Positions 24,876 through 34,246 are shown, counted from the first letter of the stretch. The stretch is 57,354 nt of DNA from Prorocentrum cordatum (GCA_963575745.1 CAUYUJ010000035.1:62001-119354); one strand, 5' to 3'. Made by a program: numbers and translations. Notes: generated by a model from the sequence alone, not told the origin.

Positions 24876-27800
24876 CTAGCCAGCGCAGGGGACGCATTCG
24901 ACCCGATCCCACGCACCGTGGGATGGGTCGTCGTCGTCCTCCACTACGCTGGCAATGGGAAAGCCAGCAAGGCCGTCCCACAAGGCCAGATCGGCCTGGA
25001 AAGCGGGCGGCGGCGAGCACACCTGCCCCGTCCACCCCACCCCCGCCCCCCCACTCCCAGTCCCGACCGAAGGAGAGAGAGCAGGCAGAGGCGGCAGTTC
25101 GGCCGACTCCAGCAGCCTTCGCTTCCGCAGCAAAATCGGAGGGCCCACGAACTCGCGGGACCGAAGCGGATGGCAGCCTCGCATGAGGTTGCGCAGCCTG
25201 TAGTACCTCGAGTCTCTCACGAGGACACCCTGCCTACGATTCATCGGCAAGCAATCCTGCGAAAGACCCTGGCTCTTCTTTTCCGAAAAAGCCCCGCACA
25301 GAGAGCAGAACAGGAAGGGCCCCGCGCGGTGAAGTGCGTGGGAGCTGGTCCTGTCGTCACAACGAAGCTGGCGAAGCACCGAGCGTGTCCTCGCTGACCG
25401 AAGGCACACCATGCATCGGAACCTTTGCGCAACCACCGTCACTGCAGGGTCGAAGCGCGAGTGCGGCTTCGGGGGACCGAGTCCCCCCTCAATCGTGCCT
25501 ATGGCACGGCCGAGTATTTGCGCTTGAGCGTCCCGTGGCGTGATCGTGCCGATCCGAGCGACCAGCCTGGTACAGAACTGAGCAACTAGGCGGATGGCGC
25601 TGCGCGACGCGCCATGCGCAGAACGCAGCTGGAGGGAATCTCTATGCATGGCGGCACCCCATTTAGCCGACTGATCAGCTTGGGCATTGCCGACCCTCTG
25701 CCATTCTGAAATCCGTCCCTCTGCTACGGCAGAGGCAGGAGTATGTGCTTTGACGTGAGAAACCTCCACCGACTCACCCCCACGGTCAGACACAAGCCTC
25801 CAAACCTCCCTCCATAGTAAGGCAAGCGGGTCACTCGCAGCGGTGCCTGCTCCAACACCTTGGCGCCAGACATCCACGAGTGGCTTGCAATCCGTATAAA
25901 ACTTCATCTGAGCTCCCATATAGCGCAGCGCCATCAAGAAACTGAAAAGCTCAGCCGCTGGCACAGATTGAATGAGACAGGGCAGAGGGCCATGGAGGCG
26001 AGCAACCACTCGCTTGCTGTCGTCAAGCGAACAGAGTCCCCATCCGCAGCGCCGTAAGCGAGAGAAACGTCCGTGCCTCCCCGACCCATCACCGAACACG
26101 TGCATATCGAGCAGCAAGTCGGGAGACCGCACCGTCCACACGACTCGCTCCTCGAGGCAGGGGCTCGGGAAGAGCCAAGCAGGGTCAGGGACAAGAAAGC
26201 GCGTGAAAAGCAAGGTATCCACCGCAGCAGCTCGAGCCATGTCTAGCATTTGACCAGCCATGGCACTGCCAGCTCTGTAATCCCGACGAAACTCAGTATG
26301 CAGGGGGCAATCGTAGAATCGGTGCCAGGTAGATCCAGCACTCTGACAGGCAAGGCAGCTCGGGTTGACGGCTCCACCTGACTCGTACAGTCGCTCCTGC
26401 GACCAGAACCCTCCTGCAAAAAGGCACCGCAGAAGACCCTGATGCCTTGGGGTCCAGTCAGGGCCTCGGATAGAATGAGGCTGGAGGAGGGACCTCAGGG
26501 GCTCCACGAGAGGAGGATGAGGGCAGGGCGAGACCCACGAGGGATGCTTCGCGAGAACCTGTCGCCACACCCACCGCTCGGTGGCCTCATCAACTAACCT
26601 ACCTCCATCCTTCGGGGAAATCTGTTCAATTGCGAGAGGACCTCGGTGGGTCTTCCAATGAAAAGGGTCAGATACAGACCAACCCAACCGCAAAAGTGTC
26701 GCAACTAGCGCAGAAGCAGGTCCGCGAATGTCAGACCAAACTTGAGACACAGGAACACTAGACAGGCGTGCCCATGCTCCACTCAGAAGTCGCGCCATAT
26801 CTGCTCTGGGGGCCCATCCGTCCCACAGCGCCTGCAGCCAGAGGAAGATCGGGCTCCTGTTGCACTCGAAGGCGGGGTCGACCTGCGGCCCAGCAAGCAT
26901 GAGGTCCAATGAGAGCGACCTGCCCGTGTGCCTGTAGACCATGCCCGCGCGCGCCAGCTGCCTCGCCCTCAGCAGGTGCGTGTTGCTGATGCCGTGAACT
27001 CCCACTGCCCAGAGCATACCAGGCTTGAGGCCAGTCTGCACCAGTTTGATCGTCTTGCCCCCAGCTTTCGCGAGCCGCTTATACCGAGGGATCCGAGACG
27101 CCATCCTGCCCAGCCGCTGTGCACGAACCGAATGAGAAAGCCGATTTCCACCGCCAAAGTCCAGCCCCAGGTTCCGAACCGAGCGTGTGAGGAACCTCGA
27201 CGAGGACGGGTTGACTTTCCTAAAAACCTTCCGTATGCCTTGGCCGACGACCACCTGGTGCTTCTTGGGCAGGGAGAGGGTCAAGCCGATCTGCGAAAGC
27301 TCAGCCGCCAAGAGGTCCTCGGCCCCCTTGAGTTCCCTGGCAACTTCCCACGCCTCGCCAATACGTTGCAACTGCAGATCATCCACCACGACCGCCACCT
27401 CGACATTCACGAAGCGAAGAGAGACGGCATCCACTGGCGACAAGAGCACCAGACGCAGCAGGGAGGTCGCGCAGCTGCAGCCCGCGACAATCGTGCGGTG
27501 CGTCACCACCGCCTGCGTGGCGATGTTCTGGAAGAGCACCATTCTGTCGAGGCAATATGATGCGAGCAGGAAGCGAAGGGTCTTACCTCGGAACTTGTGC
27601 CGACGGGCAGCTGCAGCTAAAACATGATGGGGCACGTGCTCGTATGCTTTGACCAGGTCGAGCAGGGTTGTCCCTGCCGCTCTGCCCTGGTCCCTGGCCA
27701 ACTCCGCCTTGAAACTCTGCTTCCCAACGCAAATGTCACATGAGGCCCCTGAGTCACCATACCAGAACAACCGAGGGTTGGCCTTTTCCCAGGGGCCAGC

Positions 27801-29942
27801 AACTTTCCATCGGGCCCAACGGGACCACAACCGAAGAGGCGTCGCGAAGATCCCAATAGGACGATCTCCCCCTTCAGGCGGTGGCTTCGGTAGAAGAGCA
27901 ATAAGCAGTAGAGCCCAGCACCTCGGAATGTGAACCAGGCGCTGCATCTCGACCCAGATCCGTAGGAAGACCGCGACAGCGCCGTCGTCAAGGAAGGACC
28001 AATGACGGGGATGCAGGCCACAGACTCCAATGGCCGTGTGCGTGCTGTAGGTCCTGGTAAGGGCTAAGAGCTCCTCATGGGTGGGGGCCTCCAGCTCTGG
28101 CTCGTCATCGCACCAGTCAAAATCAGGCTCTGGGAAAGCTTGGCCGACACCCCAATGCTGATGCCACTTTTGAGCCCGATGATCGGCTTCAGCAGCAATC
28201 CCCAGAGGTTCACCAGACGGCCCCGAGAAACAAGAGAGCCCAGATGCAGCCCACTTGGGAACCTCTTTGGTGAACCGGTGGCCCAGTCGAGCGCTCCCAG
28301 ATAAAGCATCTTGAACCCACTCACGCCAGGCTCGGGCCCGCTCAGAGGCCGCATGATGCTCGTGCTGAAGGGCCCACTTGCGGACCTGCCAGATCAACTC
28401 CTGGAGCTCCGAGACGTTGGCAGGGTTGACGGCCAGAACCCGAACTCTCCAAGAAGCCCAATGCTTGCAATCGGTGTAGGGGGACTGGTAGTGCACGAGC
28501 TTCCGCAAGAGGCTCCCCGCTTGTTTTATCCCCCCCAAGGTGGGCGCAGGCCCATGCCAGAGATATACGATGTCCTGGAGTCGCCTTTCCAAGACACGCC
28601 ACATACGGCCCTCCCCAATAGCCCTGGGATGAGTGGAGGCTGGGGGGCCGAGCAGAGGGACTTGCACCACCTTGGGGGGGCCTCCTCGGCCTCGGTACCG
28701 TGGATCCCCATCAACATGAAATACACGAGATAGCGCCACCTCAGCTCTTTGAACCCACAGAGAAGTGACAGCATCCAAACGGTCCTTGGTACAATCTCCC
28801 TGGGAAAGCTGATCAAGCAAGTCATCCCACTCCAGGGGGCGAGGGTCGCACCCAACAGGGCGGTGGAGAGGGAGCGCCGACGGCTTCTTGAGTCTGGGAA
28901 CTGTCACCTGTCGCGGGTGGCCAGACATGCTCAACACCACAGGGCGGTGCGGTCTGGTACAGGTAGACCATGTCGCAACTGAGCAGCTCACCACAAACTG
29001 CTTGAGCGAGGAGGAGAGGACAAAGTAATCGATAGACGACCGAGATGTACCCAACTGACAGGTCCAATTCGAGACGTCAGAGACCACCTCAGCCTGAAGA
29101 TCCCCAATCCAACCAGACTCGACCAGTTGCTCCGCTGAAAACTGAAAATCTCCACCCAGAATAAACGGCATGCCATACGCCCTCAGGACCTCCCCAATGC
29201 TATGTAGCAGGGAAAGATTTTGACCGCGGCAACCGATTCCAGTGTGCAGGTAGACCGATCCGACTAAAACACCTCCAGTACATAACCCACTCCAGAGCCC
29301 CAGACGAAATCGACATCCAGGAGGAACCGCGATACCCTCAGGCAAATCATCGAGTCCTTTGAGGCCCCAGAGCTTCGAAGTCGCAATGCCAACTCCTCCA
29401 GTGGTGCCAGCCTCTGAACGACCTGAGGGGGCAGCCGGAGCGAGGAGCGAGACCATGCCAGCCTTGACCAGCGCCTGCTGAACGTCCACCAAACGTAGCT
29501 CCGTCTGGTGGTGCTCTTGGAAAACGTAGATGTCGGCATCCACAGAGTCGCAGAGCTCCAGGAAGGGCCGTCGCGTGACCTTACCCTTGTCCCCGCACTC
29601 GATGCCCCACGAGGTGATGTTGGCCGTACACAGCTTCCATACATCAGGCCGACGGGCCGCCTCAGGCCGCCGAGCGACACGGGCAGAAGGCTCCAAGACC
29701 TTCGAGCCCAACCCAGCATCAGGAGGCGGCGCCCGCGGGTCTGCTGGCCCAGGAACCTGAGCATCGGATCCAGCAGCCCCATTAGCCCCACCCCGCGCCG
29801 CCAGAGAGCGCCACCTGCCTCGGTGCGAGGCGGGCGCAAGCAAGCGGTGTCCCGCTGCATCGAGCGAGGCGGGCGCAGGCAAGCGGTGTCCCGCTGCATC
29901 GACGACCCCGCTACCCCGACGGGGGTGGGGCTCCAGCGACAT
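24876..29942 (-). CDS. LINE ORF2 polyprotein (~1688 aa from ATG 29942): APE/EEP endonuclease, reverse transcriptase, CCHC knuckle, RNase H, C-terminal Cys/His motifs
   Basis: EN motifs TANITSW, VFQEHH, SVYLH, GGDFQ, IDYF, PHRPV (~29640-28940). RT motifs LLPKP..DRPIGIF, DLVKAYEHV, IVAGCS, VVDD, RNLG (~27900-27150). CLAC..HRFYDC (26357-26307). RNase H DGSG, AEL, YTDC, HVKAH, GNAQAD (~26100-25650). CMVC/CSLC tail. Start codon inferred; the frame is open further upstream. Confidence 0.9.
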   Translation of the reverse strand: MSLEPHPRRGSGVVDAAGHRLPAPASLDAAGHRLLAPASHRGRWRSLAARGGANGAAGSDAQVPGPADPRAPPPDAGLGSKVLEPSARVARRPEAARRPDVWKLCTANITSWGIECGDKGKVTRRPFLELCDSVDADIYVFQEHHQTELRLVDVQQALVKAGMVSLLAPAAPSGRSEAGTTGGVGIATSKLWGLKGLDDLPEGIAVPPGCRFRLGLWSGLCTGGVLVGSVYLHTGIGCRGQNLSLLHSIGEVLRAYGMPFILGGDFQFSAEQLVESGWIGDLQAEVVSDVSNWTCQLGTSRSSIDYFVLSSSLKQFVVSCSVATWSTCTRPHRPVVLSMSGHPRQVTVPRLKKPSALPLHRPVGCDPRPLEWDDLLDQLSQGDCTKDRLDAVTSLWVQRAEVALSRVFHVDGDPRYRGRGGPPKVVQVPLLGPPASTHPRAIGEGRMWRVLERRLQDIVYLWHGPAPTLGGIKQAGSLLRKLVHYQSPYTDCKHWASWRVRVLAVNPANVSELQELIWQVRKWALQHEHHAASERARAWREWVQDALSGSARLGHRFTKEVPKWAASGLSCFSGPSGEPLGIAAEADHRAQKWHQHWGVGQAFPEPDFDWCDDEPELEAPTHEELLALTRTYSTHTAIGVCGLHPRHWSFLDDGAVAVFLRIWVEMQRLVHIPRCWALLLIALLPKPPPEGGDRPIGIFATPLRLWSRWARWKVAGPWEKANPRLFWYGDSGASCDICVGKQSFKAELARDQGRAAGTTLLDLVKAYEHVPHHVLAAAARRHKFRGKTLRFLLASYCLDRMVLFQNIATQAVVTHRTIVAGCSCATSLLRLVLLSPVDAVSLRFVNVEVAVVVDDLQLQRIGEAWEVARELKGAEDLLAAELSQIGLTLSLPKKHQVVVGQGIRKVFRKVNPSSSRFLTRSVRNLGLDFGGGNRLSHSVRAQRLGRMASRIPRYKRLAKAGGKTIKLVQTGLKPGMLWAVGVHGISNTHLLRARQLARAGMVYRHTGRSLSLDLMLAGPQVDPAFECNRSPIFLWLQALWDGWAPRADMARLLSGAWARLSSVPVSQVWSDIRGPASALVATLLRLGWSVSDPFHWKTHRGPLAIEQISPKDGGRLVDEATERWVWRQVLAKHPSWVSPCPHPPLVEPLRSLLQPHSIRGPDWTPRHQGLLRCLFAGGFWSQERLYESGGAVNPSCLACQSAGSTWHRFYDCPLHTEFRRDYRAGSAMAGQMLDMARAAAVDTLLFTRFLVPDPAWLFPSPCLEERVVWTVRSPDLLLDMHVFGDGSGRHGRFSRLRRCGWGLCSLDDSKRVVARLHGPLPCLIQSVPAAELFSFLMALRYMGAQMKFYTDCKPLVDVWRQGVGAGTAASDPLALLWREVWRLVSDRGGESVEVSHVKAHTPASAVAEGRISEWQRVGNAQADQSAKWGAAMHRDSLQLRSAHGASRSAIRLVAQFCTRLVARIGTITPRDAQAQILGRAIGTIEGGLGPPKPHSRFDPAVTVVAQRFRCMVCLRSARTRSVLRQLRCDDRTSSHALHRAGPFLFCSLCGAFSEKKSQGLSQDCLPMNRRQGVLVRDSRYYRLRNLMRGCHPLRSREFVGPPILLRKRRLLESAELPPLPALSPSVGTGSGGAGVGWTGQVCSPPPAFQADLALWDGLAGFPIASVVEDDDDPSHGAWDRVECVPCAG
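29825..29902 (-). repeat. In-frame 39-bp tandem duplication in ORF2 N-terminus
   Basis: GCGAGGCGGGCGCA(A/G)GCAAGCGGTGTCCCGCTGCATCGA x2 with 1 mismatch; encodes DAAGHRL(P/L)APAS twice. Confidence 0.9.
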
Positions 29943-31149
29943 CGCGGTCAGCAGGCATAGGAACATCAGCAGGAACATCAGCAGCCGCAGGCCCAGGCGT
30001 GGCCGAGGGGGCCGCCGCCGCCGCAGCCTCAGGGCCTGGCGCGTCCCTCCTGGGCCTCTTGCTGAGGGCTGAAGGGTTCTGCAGGAACTCGAGCATGGTC
30101 CTGTAGAGACCTTCGTACTGCCCTGCCTGTCCGCCCTCCAGCAATTCAGTAAGCTGCTGCTTGCAATCCTCCGCCACGCGTGAGTCCGAGGGTGCCACTG
30201 GGGCTGGCGAAGGGCCGCTGCCCGACATGGCACGCTGCGCGGCCTCCTCGGCCTGTGCCCTCCGCCGTGCTTCCTCCTGCTCCTGGAAAGAGGCCCCAGC
30301 AGCAGCCAGGTCGCCCAGGAGGTCCACCGCGGTGCGGAGCTGGTCCGCCTTCGCCACTCTGAACGACTCGGGCAGATGGCCGAACAGCGTCTCCACCAGC
30401 CCGTTGACCGCCGCCTTGCAGTCATCGCCAGCAGGGTGAAGAGCAGCACGTCGATGGAGCCTCTGGAGCTCCTCCTCTTCCTTCTTGACCGATTCCGCCA
30501 GAGCCGCCTGGGATGCAACGCAGTCCTCCAGGTCCTGCTCCAGCTCCGTGATCTGTTGACGGAGGTTGGCCTCCGTCGCCTTCGACGCAGTAAGCTGGCC
30601 CTGGAAGTGGGCCAGCTTGTCCTGATGGGACCGAACTCGCATCCATGGCGGTGGGCCACGTTCGTCAGGTTGGGCAGCAGCAGCGGAGGGCACTTGAGCC
30701 TTGGCGGCCACCATGAGCGGGTGGTCGTCAGCCAGCCCAGCAAGCGTGAGCTGCTCCACTGCCGCCGCGAGGTAGTCGCGCTGCGTCTGCTTGCCACCTG
30801 TGTCCGAGCCTTTGCCACTGCGCTGCTGGGCCGAGCCGCCCTTCCCACTCCCAGACTGGGATTGGTCAGCACTCGTGCCTGGGCCCGACTTGGCCTTGCG
30901 GCGCGTGGACTCCACCTGTTGCCATGCATCCTTGGACTGCTGCTCGCCTGACCAAGGACGGGGGGGCCCCTTGACCGTGTCCCGAACCGGGTCGTCGCGG
31001 AGCCACTTCTTGCAACGATAGCAGCGAGCCCAATCCACCAGATTATACTGATAGCCACATGAGCTCTTGCCATAGCACGTCTTGTAGCCGCTCTGGGAGC
31101 GGGTCTGGTGTCTGCTCTGGGAGCGGGGCTGCGGGGGCGCGGGGACCAT
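29911..31149 (-). CDS. LINE ORF1 (412 aa), putative nucleic-acid-binding protein
   Basis: First ATG after the 5' UTR. C-x5-C-x4-N-x6-C-x2-C (CYGKSSCGYQYNLVDWARCYRC) resembles a RanBP2-type Zn finger. Heptad-rich coiled coil (QDKLAHFQGQL...EEELQRLHRR). Overlaps the inferred ORF2 start by 32 nt. Confidence 0.85.
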   Translation of the reverse strand: MVPAPPQPRSQSRHQTRSQSGYKTCYGKSSCGYQYNLVDWARCYRCKKWLRDDPVRDTVKGPPRPWSGEQQSKDAWQQVESTRRKAKSGPGTSADQSQSGSGKGGSAQQRSGKGSDTGGKQTQRDYLAAAVEQLTLAGLADDHPLMVAAKAQVPSAAAAQPDERGPPPWMRVRSHQDKLAHFQGQLTASKATEANLRQQITELEQDLEDCVASQAALAESVKKEEEELQRLHRRAALHPAGDDCKAAVNGLVETLFGHLPESFRVAKADQLRTAVDLLGDLAAAGASFQEQEEARRRAQAEEAAQRAMSGSGPSPAPVAPSDSRVAEDCKQQLTELLEGGQAGQYEGLYRTMLEFLQNPSALSKRPRRDAPGPEAAAAAAPSATPGPAAADVPADVPMPADRDVAGAPPPSG

Positions 31150-31256
31150 GCCACAGCAGCTCGAGAGCGGGAGAAGCCAAAATCCCTCGTCTGGCCTGGC
31201 AGACGAGGAGGAGCACTGTGGGGGCCGCTGCTCCCCCCTTGCCAGTGAGGCCAGGT

Positions 31257-31278
31257 CCTGACCCGAAAGGGCTACGGA
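31257..31278 (-). other. Second, degenerate (relict) DinoSL copy in tandem
   Basis: TCCGTAGCCCTTTCGGGTCAGG, 18/22 identical to DinoSL, head-to-tail with the perfect copy. Confidence 0.85.
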
Positions 31279-31300
31279 CTTGAGCCAAAATGGCTACGGA
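31279..31300 (-). other. Dinoflagellate spliced leader (DinoSL) exon sequence, retro-integrated copy
   Basis: Minus strand reads TCCGTAGCCATTTTGGCTCAAG, a 22/22 match to the DinoSL consensus DCCGTAGCCATTTTGGCTCAAG. It starts at the first base inside the TSD. Confidence 0.97.
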
Positions 31301-31316
31301 CCGAGCGGGTATGGGG
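31301..31316. repeat. Target-site duplication, 5' side of LINE
   Basis: CCGAGCGGGTATGGGG, identical to 24803-24818, adjacent to DinoSL. Confidence 0.95.
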
Positions 31317-31634
31317 AACGAGCAAGACCGCCCCGGAGAACTCAGCCTGCTCCCGCCCATGCGCGTCGAAGACGGGGGACAAACGGCCAACTCGCGAATC
31401 TCTCTGGCACCCTCGCTCCGGGAGGGGCGCCACCTGGCCCCCCGCAGATCGCGGCTAGAGGCGCACGGGTGCAGCGGCGCGAAGCGCCCCACGTCAAGAC
31501 GGTGAAATGAGGACCACTTGTTCGCGGCGAGCGAGGGGGGGAAGTGAGAGGGAACAGGCCCTCTCAGAAGGCAGTGGGGCATCTCAGAACCCCTCGCGCC
31601 TCCTGAGAGGTTGCCTGCGCGGCCAGTGAATTTT

Positions 31635-31818
31635 GTTTGACCGATCCCCATCCCCAGCGGCGTGGCCTAGGCCCCACTGGCCGATTTACCCCCCAAATGG
31701 GGATATAGGCCGTTCCTTCGGGTTTCGAGGGGTGTAACCCCAACCCGGGTGGCACTTTGGTGGGGGTCTCGAAGGGGATGGGGATGGGGATGGGGATGGG
31801 CATGGGGATCGGTAAAAC
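31635..31818. repeat. Inverted-repeat-bounded segment (possible MITE)
   Basis: GTTTGACCGATCCCCATCCCC ... GGGCATGGGGATCGGTAAAAC (19/21 inverted match); no clear TSD. Confidence 0.45.
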
Positions 31819-34214
31819 GTTACCGAGCCAGGGGACTTCCCAGCCTTCTGAGAAGGCACGCCCCCTCTGCCCTCCCCCACCTGGGCACGGCCCTGATGGG
31901 GCCGCGACCGAGCCCAGACCTCCACCCAGGATCGGCTCGGGAACCTCAGGCCCCGGGGGAGCGAGCATCCAGGCCTCCCCGATGGGGCCGGAGGATCGCG
32001 CCGCACCGCCGATGCATCGGCGATGCGGCTCGATGTGGAGCCTCTAGTTTTCTCCACGCCGACGGCGCCGATGTATCGCCGATAATCTTCTGACCCTCCA
32101 GATCCCACCCAGCTGGGGCGCTCCGGGGCCTCGCCTTCGAGGGACCGAGAAGTTGGCATCTCTTCCCCGGCGGAATGCTGCCAGAAGCCAGCGGAGGCAA
32201 AGCAGCGGCGGTTCCGCTGACGGGAACCAGCGGAAGGCCGGCGCCAGCGGGCGGAAGTGATCTTGAACGATGCGCTCCTTAATCAAGAAGGGGCAGACGT
32301 GTTTGGTTCAAAGTTTCTGGACGCGGCCACGTGCCGGCGATTCCAAAATGTGGCCTTCGGGGATCGGGCCCTGTGGTCGGGAACCTCAAACCGTGAAGGT
32401 CAAACTTGCGATCCACTTCCTATCCTCAGGGCCCTATCCCTCTTGGTCGCAGCGTTGAGCCGCCGGCTTTGAAAGGTTAGAGGGCGAAGTCTACCTGCTT
32501 CCCGAGGACCAACGTCTGGGGCCTATGCCAAATACCGTTCTCGATTTCTAGCCACAAGCGTCTACAGACACAGCGGGTGTCGCTACGTAAATAAACACAT
32601 TCGGGATGGATGCATCTATAGGCAACGCGGCCGCTGCGATCGGGGCAGTACAGGGCCGAATCTAGGGTAGACCGCCGCACGCCGCCTTTCATTCAGATTG
32701 TTTTTCGGTGAAAGCTCTACGGTTGGAGCCGTCTGGGGGTTTGGGGTGGCCCAGCATTGGTTCCGGCCAGCAGGAAGGGCGGGCAAATTCGAGGTTCCGC
32801 CAATTTTGTTTCTCTTGTTCTGCCTCTGGGCACCGTTTTCGGGCTTCGCAACCGTGCAAGTTTGATCCAGGGTGTAAAACTGCACCAGACGGGCCCTGGG
32901 ATGGGCCGACACCCGACGTGACACCGACACGGACGTTTCCCTCATTTGAAGGCGCCAAGAAGTTCACGGCAGGCGTTCTCGATTCAACCGTTAGGCGTGG
33001 TCTTCCGAGCAAGGTCGGTCCCGCGAGGGTAGCGACGCCACTAAGACGAAGAGGACGACGAAGATGACGCATAAAACCGCATAAAATCTCATTCACCGTC
33101 ATCACCCTCATCTTCCTCATCTTCCCCATCTCTCTCATCCAAGTTCGATATCCTCGTCTTCCTCGTCCTCCTCATATTTTTGTTATTATTCTTCCTCCTC
33201 CTTCTCTATCAGCAGTACTTCACTCCCTCCCCTCCTCCTCCTCCTTCTCCTCGAAGACGGCGAGACGAGGTCGAACCTCCAGACAGGAGGTTGAGTTTCC
33301 GAGCCTCTGGGGGCGACGGAGGGGGGACGACGCGGCGACAAGAGCGACGAAGAGGACGAGGGGAGCAGGCGGAGGAGGCGGAGGAGGACGGCGACGACCA
33401 GGTGCGGCTATTCGCTTCGCTTTGTCGCCCCCCATTTCGACGAGGTGAGGGCACACTCAATGCCCTAGCGGGCTTCCTATACGGTGGGGGGAATAAGGAA
33501 CCCTTAGATAAGGAATCCAGGGTCTGGAAACCAGCGGAACACCAACTGATGTTTGGCCATGGACATCATTGTCACCCTCATCAAATAAGGAATCGTCCAG
33601 GGTCTAAAGCCTCCTGTGCACATTCCTGAAGCACGCCCCCACCGTACCTGTTCTTGCTTTTCACTCTGCTTACTTCTCACCAACTGCGCTCACCGAGATC
33701 TAATTTGGGGGGCCACATCGCCCAAGCACGTCCTCACCTTATTTCTCTTGCCGCAAATACGCAACAATCACCCGATCAATGCCCGAGCAAAGTAAAAAAG
33801 GAGGACGGCGGGGCAGACGAGGACATGCGGAGGACGATGATGACGAGCAGGACGAAGCTGGCGACACGGACGACGAGGGAAGGAGGACAACACGGACCTC
33901 CGACGCCGTTGTATTGTTCACGACGTGGGCTCCCGCAACTCTCGACCTCATCCCCACGTCGCGGGTCGCTCCTGATGGCCCTGGGGCCCGAAGCCATCCC
34001 CGAGAGCCCCAGATCGCGGAACGCACTGCCCGTCGAGGCTGCCACGCCTAAGAAGCTTGGAGAGAGGGGGGGGGGCGGAATCCATAACTCGGGCCTCTGG
34101 AGGCCATTCGGGACAACCTGGGCACCACCAGAGCGCTCTCGGCGAGGCGCTGCTGCAGGAGGGCACCCCGAGGCCACAGAATCCTCAAGAACCAACGAAA
34201 GCGTCAGAAAACCT

Positions 34215-34246
34215 CGACCGACGACCGACGACGACGACGACGACAA

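Larger units (their letters stand above)
24819..31300 (-). mobile_element. Full-length non-LTR retrotransposon (LINE; APE-RT-RNase H type) with DinoSL at its 5' end
   Basis: Two intact ORFs with EN/RT/RNase H motifs. T9 on + strand at 24819-24827 (poly(A) tail). Identical 16-bp direct repeats CCGAGCGGGTATGGGG at 24803-24818 and 31301-31316 bound it exactly. Confidence 0.95.

Noticed and set aside
23608..25035. 475-aa and 391-aa minus-strand ORFs next to the LINE 3' end
   Set aside because: Translations of microsatellites; they cross the TSD boundary.
29943..31154. N-terminal ~400 aa of the 2092-aa ORF as a real protein
   Set aside because: GTG start and an Arg/Ser/Trp-rich shadow translation of the overlapping ORF1. 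Kept only as a finding about frame openness.
31255..31275. Hammerhead ribozyme (CTGA..GAAA on + strand)
   Set aside because: Lacks the CUGANGA core and is antisense to the element; explained by the relict SL.
31257..31300. SL RNA gene or SL-gene-targeted insertion (CRE/NeSL-like)
   Set aside because: The SL is followed by TCCG rather than a GT intron donor, and it lies inside the TSD. It therefore came in with the element and is not part of the target.
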